Assembly (NCBI RefSeq): GCF_054482595.1
Contig: NZ_CM137008.1
DNA length: 64,000 bases
Reading direction: 5' to 3' (one strand)
Below the pieces are notes generated by a model, which saw nothing but the letters and a program-made list of their open reading frames with translations, had not been told where the DNA came from and ran no database searches. A program made the translations under genes and the position numbers. Below are positions 22,045 through 30,945 of this stretch, piece after piece (the first letter of the stretch is position 1; every line of letters begins with the position of its first letter).

Positions 22045-22317
22045 GTGAGTCGAGCATTGTTCGCCGTAGTATTAGCATTTCCATTAATTGCACTGGCTAA
22101 CCCGCATTATCGTCCGGACGTGGAGGTAAACGTACCGCCAGAAGTGTTCAGTTCAGGCGGGCAGTCAGCGCAGCCCTGTACTCAGTGCTGCGTTTATCAG
22201 GATAAAAATTATTCTGAAGGGGCGGTAATTAAAGCCGAAGGAATACTGCTGCAATGCCAGCGGGATGACAAAACCCTTAGCACTAATCCGCTGGTCTGGC
22301 GGCGCGTAAAGCCATAA
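22045..22317 (+). CDS. ynjH: Small secreted DUF1496 protein YnjH
   Basis: 90-aa ORF with N-terminal signal peptide (MSRALFAVVLAFPLIALA) and four Cys; 3' end overlaps nudG by 35 bp. Confidence 0.75.
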   Translation: MSRALFAVVLAFPLIALANPHYRPDVEVNVPPEVFSSGGQSAQPCTQCCVYQDKNYSEGAVIKAEGILLQCQRDDKTLSTNPLVWRRVKP

Positions 22318-22690
22318 ACGCCTCTAATAATGGAATGTCAGCAGGAGCCAGCGGATATTGCAGCGCCTCTTCAGGTGAGCACCAGACCAGCGCCTGATGT
22401 TCATGTGCCTGTAACGTCCCGTGGAAGTCGGGTACGTGCCAGGCATGAAGATGGATAATCCGCCCCGAAACTTCTCGCTGATGGCTGGCAACATACTCAC
22501 CCACAGTTGCTTCGATGCCCAATTCTTCGTTTAACTCACGCACCAGCGCCTGCTGCTGGCTTTCATCCAGCTCGACTTTACCACCGGCAAACTCCCATAA
22601 TCCCGCCTGATCGCTCTGGGCGGGGCGTTGCGCGAGTAAAATTTTGCCATCACGTTCAATGATGGCGGCAACAACTTCAATCATTTTCAT
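22283..22690 (-). CDS. nudG: Nudix hydrolase NudG (CTP/5-methyl-dCTP pyrophosphohydrolase)
   Basis: 135-aa ORF with Nudix box GGKVELDESQQQALVRELNEELGI. Confidence 0.9.
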   Translation of the reverse strand: MKMIEVVAAIIERDGKILLAQRPAQSDQAGLWEFAGGKVELDESQQQALVRELNEELGIEATVGEYVASHQREVSGRIIHLHAWHVPDFHGTLQAHEHQALVWCSPEEALQYPLAPADIPLLEAFMALRAARPAD

Positions 22691-22770
22691 AAATTACACA
22701 CGGGCAGATAAGCGAAAAATGCCATAATATCCGCACTGTTGCTCAATTAGAAAGGCTTTATATTTAAGGA

Positions 22771-23397
22771 GTGCCTGTGCTAGACCGCCATCTTCATCCC
22801 CGGATTAAACCGTTGTTGCATCAGTGCGTGCGGGTTCTTGATAAACCGGGCATTACGCCAGATGGTTTAACATTAGTGGGATTTGCCATCGGCGTGCTGG
22901 CTCTGCCGTTTCTGGCTCTGGGCTGGTATCTGGCGGCGCTTGTCGTCATTTTGTTGAATCGTCTGCTTGATGGTCTGGATGGCGCACTGGCGCGGCGCAG
23001 AGGGCTTACCGACGCGGGCGGCTTTCTTGATATTTCTCTCGATTTTCTCTTTTACGCGCTGGTGCCGTTTGGTTTTATTCTTGCTGCACCGGAGCAAAAT
23101 GCGCTGGCAGGCGGCTGGTTGTTGTTTGCGTTTATCGGTACGGGCAGCAGTTTTCTCGCCTTTGCTGCGCTGGCGGCGAAACATCAGATTGATAATCCCG
23201 GTTATGCGCATAAATCGTTTTATTATCTGGGGGGATTAACCGAAGGCACAGAAACGATCTTACTGTTTGTGCTGGGATGTTTATTCCCTGCATGGTTTGC
23301 GTGGTTTGCGTGGATCTTCGGTGCGTTGTGCTGGATGACGACCTTTACGCGGGTGTGGAGTGGGTATCTGACGCTGAAGTCGCTCCAGCGTCAGTAA
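22771..23397 (+). CDS. ynjF: CDP-alcohol phosphatidyltransferase-family membrane protein YnjF (GTG start; the true start may be the second GTG at 22777)
   Basis: Polytopic membrane ORF with the CDP-OH phosphotransferase motif region DGxxAR (LDGLDGALARRRGLTDAGG); no ATG at the 5' end. Confidence 0.8.
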   Translation: MPVLDRHLHPRIKPLLHQCVRVLDKPGITPDGLTLVGFAIGVLALPFLALGWYLAALVVILLNRLLDGLDGALARRRGLTDAGGFLDISLDFLFYALVPFGFILAAPEQNALAGGWLLFAFIGTGSSFLAFAALAAKHQIDNPGYAHKSFYYLGGLTEGTETILLFVLGCLFPAWFAWFAWIFGALCWMTTFTRVWSGYLTLKSLQRQ

Positions 23398-23405
23398 TTG
23401 CAATG

Positions 23406-24713
23406 TTATTTGCTGCTGTCCGGGCCGCGTTCACCGGTTGCTACCGGATTTTTTGGATCGCTGCTCCATTCGTACCAGCCGCCGTCGTAAACGGAGACGT
23501 TATTCCAGCCCATTGCTCGTGCGTACATAAAGGTTTCGGACGCGCGCCAGCCGGTGCCGCAGTAGAATGAAACTTGCTGATCTGGTTTGATATTCCATGC
23601 TTTCCACATAGCGGTAATATCATCGGCGCTACGCATGGTGCCATCCGGGTTATGGAAATCTTCCATATGCGTCGAGTCGCTACCAGCGTGTCCCCAACGT
23701 GCTCCGGCTATTTCACCTTTTGGTTTAATATAGCTGTAACCGCTGGTCGTACCGATAAACTCCGGCCACGAACGAATGCTCACCAGCGATGCATCCTGGC
23801 GATGCAGCAGTCCACGGGCCTGTTCCATATCGAGCATCAACTGCGGTTGTGCCGGGATCTTCACGCCGAAATCCGGTTCCGCTTTCACTTTCGGTGGCGT
23901 TCCTCGCTCAACAGGCAGTCCCGCGTCGGACCAGGTTTGCCAGCCGCCATCCAGCAGGCGCACATCTTTCACGCCTGCATACAGCATAATCTGCGCCACA
24001 CGCGCTGCAGCGTATACGTCACGCCCGTACAGAATGACCGTGGTGTCATGGCGAATGCCGTGTTTTGCCAGCATCGCTTTTAGTTGTTCATCAGAAACTT
24101 TGTTCCACAGCGGTTCGCTTTCCACTTCGTTGGTATCGATGTAGTCAGCACCGGGAATATGGCTGATAAGGTAAAGCTTAGGAGCGCCCCAGGCCGCTTC
24201 AATGACTTTCCAGTCTCCGGCAGGTTTCGCCGTAACCTCTTTACCTTGTTGCAGGTCGTGCAGCCATTGCGGATAAACCAGCTGCTCAAAGTGCGGCAGT
24301 TTTTGTAGACGGGAAGGTTCGCTTAGCGCGTCACTCAGAATGGAGATATGCGTAAAACCTGCTTTTTGCAGTCGCGTTTTGACGGCGTCGACATCTTTGC
24401 CATTACCGTACAGCGCCACCGGGGCATCGGCTTTCAGGTTATGTTGCTTGATCCACGCGTTGAGCTGTTCGGTGCTCATTTTGTCAAGCCAGCTAGCAGA
24501 GAGGTTTAAGGCGGCAGGTTCATGACCAGAAGGGCCATTTAAGGTTTGTGGCCAGCCGTTATAAAACGCGCTGGGGCGAGTATCTATCGCTTTGCCATTT
24601 TGTTGTTGAAGCTGGTCAAGTGTAAGAGGCTTCGCCAGTTCAGCGGCCCACGAAGAAGCGCAAGCCAGCCCTAAAGCCATTGCCAGCGCGGTCATTTGAG
24701 AAACACGTTTCAT
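23406..24713 (-). CDS. ynjE: Periplasmic triple-rhodanese thiosulfate sulfurtransferase YnjE
   Basis: Signal peptide MKRVSQMTALAMALGLACASSWA and a C-terminal rhodanese active site CGTGWRAS; start at MKRVSQ (435 aa). Confidence 0.88.
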   Translation of the reverse strand: MKRVSQMTALAMALGLACASSWAAELAKPLTLDQLQQQNGKAIDTRPSAFYNGWPQTLNGPSGHEPAALNLSASWLDKMSTEQLNAWIKQHNLKADAPVALYGNGKDVDAVKTRLQKAGFTHISILSDALSEPSRLQKLPHFEQLVYPQWLHDLQQGKEVTAKPAGDWKVIEAAWGAPKLYLISHIPGADYIDTNEVESEPLWNKVSDEQLKAMLAKHGIRHDTTVILYGRDVYAAARVAQIMLYAGVKDVRLLDGGWQTWSDAGLPVERGTPPKVKAEPDFGVKIPAQPQLMLDMEQARGLLHRQDASLVSIRSWPEFIGTTSGYSYIKPKGEIAGARWGHAGSDSTHMEDFHNPDGTMRSADDITAMWKAWNIKPDQQVSFYCGTGWRASETFMYARAMGWNNVSVYDGGWYEWSSDPKNPVATGERGPDSSK

Positions 24714-24779
24714 CGAAAATCCCGACATTGTAGTTTTGAGTGCGCCATTCTGAACTGACGCATTGAGAAAAACTTTGCG

Positions 24780-25433
24780 TTATCGCAGTTTGTTGTAATT
24801 TTCTGACCACTGAGCCATATCCAGAACAGAACTATCAGCAGGAACATCCTGGAGATCGTGCGTTACCTGAACGACGGGGATCGCCAGGGCGCGAACTTCG
24901 CTGAACACCCACTGGCGAAAATTATCGCGCAGAGCCACATCAAGACGGCTGAATGGCTCATCCAGTAGCAACGCTTTTGGCTGAGCGAGAAGGGCGCGAA
25001 GCAGAGCAACGCGCGCTCGCTGACCGCCAGACAAAGTGGCAGGATCCTGATGGAAAGCTCCGTCAAGGCCTGAACGCTCAAGTGCATCATTCACGGCATT
25101 ACGTCGGGCATTCCCCTTAAGTGTCGCCGGTAGCGCCAGCAGTAAATTTTGCCCGACACTGAACTGGTCAAATAACAGTGCATCCTGAAAAAGAATGCCA
25201 ATCTGACGCTGTGCGGTGGGTAGCATGTCAATCCGTTGCTCATTGAGCCATAGCTCACCTGTACAAGAAAACTGTCCGGCCAGTGCACCAATCATCCATG
25301 AAAACAGAGTGGATTTTCCACAGCCAGACGGCCCCATTAACGTGACAATGTCACCTTTATCCACCGTAAAGTTAACGTTTGTCAGCAAGCGGCTTTCTGG
25401 TAAACGTAGCGAAACATTTTTCACGCAGAGCAT
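24780..25433 (-). CDS. ynjD: ABC transporter ATP-binding protein YnjD
   Basis: Walker A GPSGCGKST, ABC signature LSGGQRARVAL, Walker B LLLDEPFS; start at MLCVKNVSL (217 aa), overlapping the ynjC stop. Confidence 0.88.
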   Translation of the reverse strand: MLCVKNVSLRLPESRLLTNVNFTVDKGDIVTLMGPSGCGKSTLFSWMIGALAGQFSCTGELWLNEQRIDMLPTAQRQIGILFQDALLFDQFSVGQNLLLALPATLKGNARRNAVNDALERSGLDGAFHQDPATLSGGQRARVALLRALLAQPKALLLDEPFSRLDVALRDNFRQWVFSEVRALAIPVVQVTHDLQDVPADSSVLDMAQWSENYNKLR

Positions 25434-26968
25434 TAGCGGAGTCCTTGTCTGACATAACCTACCCATTTTGCGACTAACGCGGTCAGGGCAAAAATAATAA
25501 GCGGTAATAGCAGTTGCCATAAAGCCTGGGCGGCGAGAATACCGTTGCTGCCGCCGCTGCTTAATGCCACCGCCTCAGTGGTGAGCGTCGGAAAACGCCC
25601 CGCGCCCAGCCACAGCGTCGGCATATACTGCGCAATACTGACTGAAAATCCCACTGCGAAGGCAATCAGCGTAGGGCGTAGCATAAACGGACATTTCACG
25701 TAAAAGAAGATTTTGACACGCGACCAGCCCAGCGTTTGCGCAATCAAAATTAACCGTGAATCAATGCGCTGCCAGGCGGGTTGCAGGATAAACAGCATCC
25801 ACGGTATTACCCACAGCAGATGCCCCCAGACCACCGCCGTCCAGCTCCCATCCAGGTTCAGCCAGAGCGCCAGCGTGTACTGGCCCGCCACCAGCGGCAG
25901 TGCCGGTAATAAAATGGGCAACCATAACCACAACTGGCGACGCTGTGGCCCCCATTCCAGCCACAGCAGTAACAGGAGCAAAGCGATGAATGTCGCCACC
26001 AGCCCCATTGTCAGGCTGTTGATGAGCGCTTCACTATTGATCGTTGATTGATCCGCGAGGATCGCCAGCAGAACCACACACAGCACACCGGTCAAGGGTA
26101 AAAAACTCGCCAGCGTAATGCCTGGCAATAAAGGCGTGGCAAGCTTGCGAACGCCATCTACGCGGGGAATAGTACGCCGCCAGCTACGCCATAGCAGATA
26201 GCCCAGCAAAACGTAGGCGGCGAGTAACAGCATCAGCAGCAGGCTGGCGAGTGCGCCTTTAATCTGTTGATCGGTATCGCCCTGGGTTAACCACTGCCAG
26301 CTAATTACCGCAAGCGTCGGTGGATTACCTGGCCCAAGAATAATCGCCACATCCACGACCGACAGCGACCAGGCAACAATCGCCAGCATCGCCATTGCAA
26401 GTGCAGGAGCAACGGAGGGCAACAGCAGCCAGTTCAAACATTGCCAACGGCTGTAACCCAGCGAATCCAGCACAATGACCTGCTGCAACAGCCGTTTTTC
26501 ACTCAATACCGCTGCTAAGATCCACAGCAGAAATGCGCTTTCTTTCACCGCCAGCGTGAAGCCCAGCCCAATACCCAATTTGTCCATTGGCGGAGTGAAA
26601 TACGGGAAATAGTCATAAAGCAGCCCTCCGTCAGCAAAGAGCAGAAGGGCGCTGGTGGCAAAAGCCACATGGGGAATGGCGAGCAGCCACGGCAGACGGG
26701 TGCACATACGCTGCCATTTCGGCCCAGGCCACAGCGCCACAATCACCAGCAGGGCAATCAACAACGCCCCGACCGCCGCGATGGTTGTCGACACCAGCGT
26801 TGCCAGTAATGCCTGCGGTAACTGTGGATCGGCAAATAACGCCTGCCAGTGTGTCAACGACAAAGCAGGCGATATCAGCGTGAGAGCTGCCGGGATCAGC
26901 GGTGCATAAATCACCGCCACCATCGCCCACAGCAAAAAGATTAATGCGTACCGTAACGGTGTAGCCAT
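25433..26968 (-). CDS. ynjC: ABC transporter permease YnjC (duplicated six-TM permease, fused type)
   Basis: About 511 aa, highly hydrophobic, two permease repeats as in ThiP/FbpB-type importers; start overlaps the ynjB 3' end by 28 bp. Confidence 0.85.
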   Translation of the reverse strand: MATPLRYALIFLLWAMVAVIYAPLIPAALTLISPALSLTHWQALFADPQLPQALLATLVSTTIAAVGALLIALLVIVALWPGPKWQRMCTRLPWLLAIPHVAFATSALLLFADGGLLYDYFPYFTPPMDKLGIGLGFTLAVKESAFLLWILAAVLSEKRLLQQVIVLDSLGYSRWQCLNWLLLPSVAPALAMAMLAIVAWSLSVVDVAIILGPGNPPTLAVISWQWLTQGDTDQQIKGALASLLLMLLLAAYVLLGYLLWRSWRRTIPRVDGVRKLATPLLPGITLASFLPLTGVLCVVLLAILADQSTINSEALINSLTMGLVATFIALLLLLLWLEWGPQRRQLWLWLPILLPALPLVAGQYTLALWLNLDGSWTAVVWGHLLWVIPWMLFILQPAWQRIDSRLILIAQTLGWSRVKIFFYVKCPFMLRPTLIAFAVGFSVSIAQYMPTLWLGAGRFPTLTTEAVALSSGGSNGILAAQALWQLLLPLIIFALTALVAKWVGYVRQGLR

Positions 26969-28107
26969 TCTTGTTCCAGCGCATTTACCCAACCTGCGTG
27001 CGGTTCAGCCAGTACTGGCGGCAGATCTTGAGGCATTCTTGATTGCAATGTTTCGCGCTGCCCATCAGGCAGTTTTTGCGGATCGAGAACAGAAGGATCG
27101 CCCCAGACAGCGGGATCTGCTTTACGCAATTGCGCATCGGGTGAGAGCAAGAAATTGGCAACTACCTTCGCCGCAGCACTGGCATTCGCGTTGGCAGGAA
27201 TGGTGACGAAATGCACGTTGCCAATCATCCCCTCGCGAAAGCCAAAACTGTAACTGCTTGCAGGCAAATCGCCGCTGGCGATTTTTTGCTGCGCATGCGC
27301 GGGGTTAAAGGTCAGCGACAGGCGCAATGTGCCGGATTTCAGCAGAGCATCCATCCGCGCGGGCGAAGGCGGGAAATCCTTTCCTTCGCGCCACAAATAC
27401 GGATGCAGCGCATCAAGATATTGCCACAAGGGAGCAGTGACACGGGCGAAAGTCGCATCGTCCGGCGCTTCTTTTAATGCGGCGGGATCGGGCGTCAGCA
27501 TAATCAGCAACTGTTCAAGAAACGCCGTGCCGGTAAAGTCCGGTGGGCGCGGATAGGTAACCGTGCCGGGATTGGCTTTAGCAAACTCCAGTAAGGCTTG
27601 CGGCGTTTGTGGTGGCTGTGGCGTAACATCGCGGCGGGCGATAAATGTCAGTTGTGCGCCCCCCCAGGGCGATTCAGCCCCTTCTGTAGGCACTGAAAAA
27701 TCTTCCCGCACCGGCAGCTGTGTGTCGACATAGCGCCAGTTGGGCAGAGTCTCTGCCCAGTCGGTTTGCAGTAAATTGGCCTCTTTTAAGGTGCGGAAGT
27801 TTTCGCCGTTCACCCAGAGCAGATCCACCGAGCCGCCCGTTTTACGTCCGGCAGCAGCTTCGGTCTGAATGCGCTTCACCGCGTCTGCGGCATCCGCCAG
27901 ACGAACAATCTTCAGGTTTATAGCGTAATGGGTTTTCATCTCGCCGCTCACCCAGTCGAGATAGCGGTTAATTGCGGTATCGCCGCCCCAGGCGTTAAAC
28001 CAGACAGTTTGCCCTTTGGCCTCATTATTAATTTCTTGCCAGTCACTGGCATGTGTTGCCAGAGAAAACAGCGAGAACAATCCCAGCAACCACCCACAAT
28101 GGCGCAT
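26941..28107 (-). CDS. ynjB: ABC transporter periplasmic substrate-binding protein YnjB
   Basis: 388-aa ORF with an N-terminal signal peptide (MRHCGWLLGLFSLFSLATHA) and a thiamine/iron/sulfate-type binding-protein fold by recollection. Confidence 0.85.
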   Translation of the reverse strand: MRHCGWLLGLFSLFSLATHASDWQEINNEAKGQTVWFNAWGGDTAINRYLDWVSGEMKTHYAINLKIVRLADAADAVKRIQTEAAAGRKTGGSVDLLWVNGENFRTLKEANLLQTDWAETLPNWRYVDTQLPVREDFSVPTEGAESPWGGAQLTFIARRDVTPQPPQTPQALLEFAKANPGTVTYPRPPDFTGTAFLEQLLIMLTPDPAALKEAPDDATFARVTAPLWQYLDALHPYLWREGKDFPPSPARMDALLKSGTLRLSLTFNPAHAQQKIASGDLPASSYSFGFREGMIGNVHFVTIPANANASAAAKVVANFLLSPDAQLRKADPAVWGDPSVLDPQKLPDGQRETLQSRMPQDLPPVLAEPHAGWVNALEQEWLHRYGTH

Positions 28108-28116
28108 CATCTCTCC

Positions 28117-28665
28117 TTAAGAACGTTTTTCCGGAATACGGCACAGCCCCTGAGCGGGAATGTCCATGGCAGAATTAAAACGGGCTGACAGATTTTGCAG
28201 GCCGATCAATGCCGTCAGTTCGGTGAGCGCCTGAGCGTCAAAATGCGCAGCCAGTCGGGTGCGCAGGGCATCATCGACCGTTGGCGGTGTGACGCTTGCG
28301 GCTTCGGCGTACTCCAGCGCCAGCCGTTCTTCATCGCTGAAGAGCGGGCTTTGCCGCCAGTCAGCCACTGCCAGCAGTTTATCGCTGCTGCCGGTGCGCT
28401 CGGCGACTTTCATACTGGTGATATCCACGCAAAACTCACACAGGCACATTTGCGCAATGCGCGCGCTGACAAGCGATCGTACTACCGGATCGAGCGGTGA
28501 GCGTTTGCGCTCCAGCCAGCCAACAAACATCGACACCAGATAAAAGATAAACGGGATCCGCCCCCACCAGCGAATGGGGCTTAGCACCTCGCCGTAATGG
28601 CGACGATGCAGCCACGCCTGCGGACGTAAAATGAAAGGAATTTTGCTAAGCGGCGGTAAACCCAT
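28117..28665 (-). CDS. ynjA: AhpD-like / carboxymuconolactone decarboxylase-family protein YnjA
   Basis: 182-aa ORF containing the Cys-rich core MCLCEFCVDITS typical of the AhpD-like fold; its stop overlaps the ydjZ region (ATGA junction at 28665). Confidence 0.8.
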   Translation of the reverse strand: MGLPPLSKIPFILRPQAWLHRRHYGEVLSPIRWWGRIPFIFYLVSMFVGWLERKRSPLDPVVRSLVSARIAQMCLCEFCVDITSMKVAERTGSSDKLLAVADWRQSPLFSDEERLALEYAEAASVTPPTVDDALRTRLAAHFDAQALTELTALIGLQNLSARFNSAMDIPAQGLCRIPEKRS

Positions 28666-29372
28666 CAGGCATTCCTCTTCTGGCGCTCAAGCCATATTTT
28701 CTTCGCCATAAAAATCACCACGCTCAGGGCAAACAGAATAAACAGTCCGGTGACAAACCAGAAGGTACCGCCTGTTAACATGCTGCCCGCCCAGGAATAA
28801 ACAATAGTCGCCGGTAACTGACCAAGCCCGGTGGCGATAAAAAACGAGCGAAAACGGATTGAAGTCAAACCGGCAGCATAGCTGATTGGATCGAAAGGGA
28901 CAAAAGGCAATAACCGACAGACCAGGATAGTGTGTTTGCCGTAGCGAGTGAAAAAGCCGTCCATACTGTCAAGTACGGTTTTGCCGGTTAATTTTTCCAC
29001 CACTTCGCGGCCCATCACTCTGGCGATAAAAAAGCACAGCGCCGCGCCGGCCATCGAACTGGTCCACGACAGCAAGCCGCCCCAGAGCGCGCCAAACAGC
29101 GACGCATTGGCAAAGGTGATCAAAAACGCAGGTAGCGGTGCAGCAATGGCCTGCAAAATCATCAACAAGAACGAGACAACTGCCGCCAGTGCGCCGTAAG
29201 ACTGAATAAAGCGTTCTATACCCTGTTGGTCCACGGCGGCAAACGCCGCAACGCTGCGATTGATAAACTCATGGACGCTGGGAAGCAGCGCCCATGCCAG
29301 CAGCATAGCGAACAACAGGATGATGAGGGTTATACGGTAGTACCAGATTTTTCGCGATTGCATCTTCATCAT
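28665..29372 (-). CDS. ydjZ: DedA/TVP38-family inner-membrane protein YdjZ
   Basis: 235-aa polytopic ORF with the DedA-family core (…RLLPFVPFDPISYAAGLT…). Confidence 0.85.
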   Translation of the reverse strand: MMKMQSRKIWYYRITLIILLFAMLLAWALLPSVHEFINRSVAAFAAVDQQGIERFIQSYGALAAVVSFLLMILQAIAAPLPAFLITFANASLFGALWGGLLSWTSSMAGAALCFFIARVMGREVVEKLTGKTVLDSMDGFFTRYGKHTILVCRLLPFVPFDPISYAAGLTSIRFRSFFIATGLGQLPATIVYSWAGSMLTGGTFWFVTGLFILFALSVVIFMAKKIWLERQKRNA

Positions 29373-29386
29373 CCTTTATCCTGGCT

Positions 29387-30064
29387 TTATTCGGTGATTT
29401 TAAAGGTAACCGTTGCCAGCGTGTTATCCGCCGGGAGAACCGAGGCATTGCCTTTGAATTTAACTTCACCTCGTTTTTCAACCGCACCATAAGTGTATGT
29501 TGCATTGCTGACGATGCCGACCGGGCAGCTATCCAGACACACCAGGCAACCCGTTTTCTTCTCTTCTGCTGCCGTTAAATTACCGCCAAAGCGCATGTCC
29601 AGTTTCTTGCCATTACTGTCAACAATCACTTCATCGAAGGAATACGTTTTTGCCGCCCCTTGCCAGTTGACCGAAATATCCAGTTTGCTGCCCGTGACAT
29701 GAGTCGTTTCTTTATTATCCATCGTCATGTTTTCGCCCGGCGTACCACCTGCCTCTTTCAGGGCTTCATAAAATGCTTTCGGGGTCGCATAACCCATAAA
29801 CAGCGATTTATGTCCGTTGGAGCCATCTTTAAACACAATACCGTGACGAGTGTCGTCGGTGAGGAAACGACCATTAATTTGCACCAGCATGGTTACCGTA
29901 TGGTTATTGGCATCGACGCGCAGCGGTTGGCTGTTCGAAAGTCCGTCGTATTCCACTTTTGCCGCCGCATTCTCTTTTTGATCACAGCCGCTAAGCCCAG
30001 CAACAGCCAGTAAGCAGAGTGCAGTCAGTCCTTTTTTCCATGACACTGAATAATGTTGCAACAT
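29387..30064 (-). CDS. ydjY: Periplasmic lipoprotein YdjY with a C-terminal CxxCxxxC motif
   Basis: Start placed at MLQHYSVSWKKGLTALCLLAVAGLSGC (lipobox LSGC, 225 aa); C-terminal CLVCLDSC metal-binding-like motif. Confidence 0.8.
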   Translation of the reverse strand: MLQHYSVSWKKGLTALCLLAVAGLSGCDQKENAAAKVEYDGLSNSQPLRVDANNHTVTMLVQINGRFLTDDTRHGIVFKDGSNGHKSLFMGYATPKAFYEALKEAGGTPGENMTMDNKETTHVTGSKLDISVNWQGAAKTYSFDEVIVDSNGKKLDMRFGGNLTAAEEKKTGCLVCLDSCPVGIVSNATYTYGAVEKRGEVKFKGNASVLPADNTLATVTFKITE

Positions 30065-30068
30065 CGTT

Positions 30069-30779
30069 CTATCCTTCATTTTTTGGGTGAGTAAGTGGGT
30101 TGCGGCGCGAAGCAGACAGATCCACATGTTTGTGTCGGGCGTAGAGTTTGGCGAGCTGGACGAGAATAAACAGCGCCAGGCCCGCCAGACAGAGTTGTAA
30201 AATAAAGCGCAGCGTAATGCCTTCATTGGCGAGATCGCTTGCCATCACGGTATAAATAACAATACCGGGCAGGGTCGTGAGTGCCGAAATAAGGATATAA
30301 GGCCAGAAGGCGATTGTGGTTAATCCGTAAGCGTAATTTTGAATATTGTAAGGAAACAACGGGATTAAGCGGGTCAGAATAAGAAAATCAATACCGTTAC
30401 GCGCAATGCCTTTTTCAATGGCCTGGAAGGTATGGCTATGGCCAACGTATTTCAGCAGTAAATCACGTCCCAGCCAGCGCGCCAGCAGGAATGAGCACGA
30501 GGAGGCCAGCGTAGCGGCAATTAATGAGAGTAGTGTCCCTAAGAGCGGGCCAAAAACTATTCCTCCCGCGATCACCAGTATGCTTCCTGGTAACAGAAAG
30601 AGGGTGGCAATAATGAATAACAGAATATAGAGGCTATAACCGAACAATCCGCTCTGGCGAATGAGTGTCTGTAAGTGGGGTAAATCGGTGAGCAGATCGA
30701 ATAAACCGAAAGCGTGGATAGCGTAAATGACCAGCGCAAAAATAAGACAGGCAAAAAGAAATTTACGCTCAGCGTTCAT
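30069..30779 (-). CDS. ydjX: DedA/TVP38-family inner-membrane protein YdjX
   Basis: Start placed at MNAERKFLFA (236 aa); paralogous to YdjZ (…RLIPLFPYNIQNYAYGLT… versus …RLLPFVPFDPISYAAGLT…). Confidence 0.85.
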   Translation of the reverse strand: MNAERKFLFACLIFALVIYAIHAFGLFDLLTDLPHLQTLIRQSGLFGYSLYILLFIIATLFLLPGSILVIAGGIVFGPLLGTLLSLIAATLASSCSFLLARWLGRDLLLKYVGHSHTFQAIEKGIARNGIDFLILTRLIPLFPYNIQNYAYGLTTIAFWPYILISALTTLPGIVIYTVMASDLANEGITLRFILQLCLAGLALFILVQLAKLYARHKHVDLSASRRNPLTHPKNEG

Positions 30780-30945
30780 CGTGGAGTTTCCTATATCAAA
30801 CTTGATAATAGAGAAGTGGTCAGACAACTAAAAACGCAGAGACGGTATAACAAAGGACGGCAGGCAACAAATCATTACTGACAGTTTGTTGATTTTTCTC
30901 AAGGTTAATTCTCCTGGCCCAGTTTGAGCCAGGAGAGCTGCTAAA

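Noticed and set aside
16173-30779. Functional link between selD (selenophosphate synthetase) and the DedA genes ydjX/ydjZ as a selenium-uptake system
   Set aside because: The genes are about 13 kb apart, on opposite strands and in different operons separated by topB, gdhA and others; proximity is insufficient evidence.
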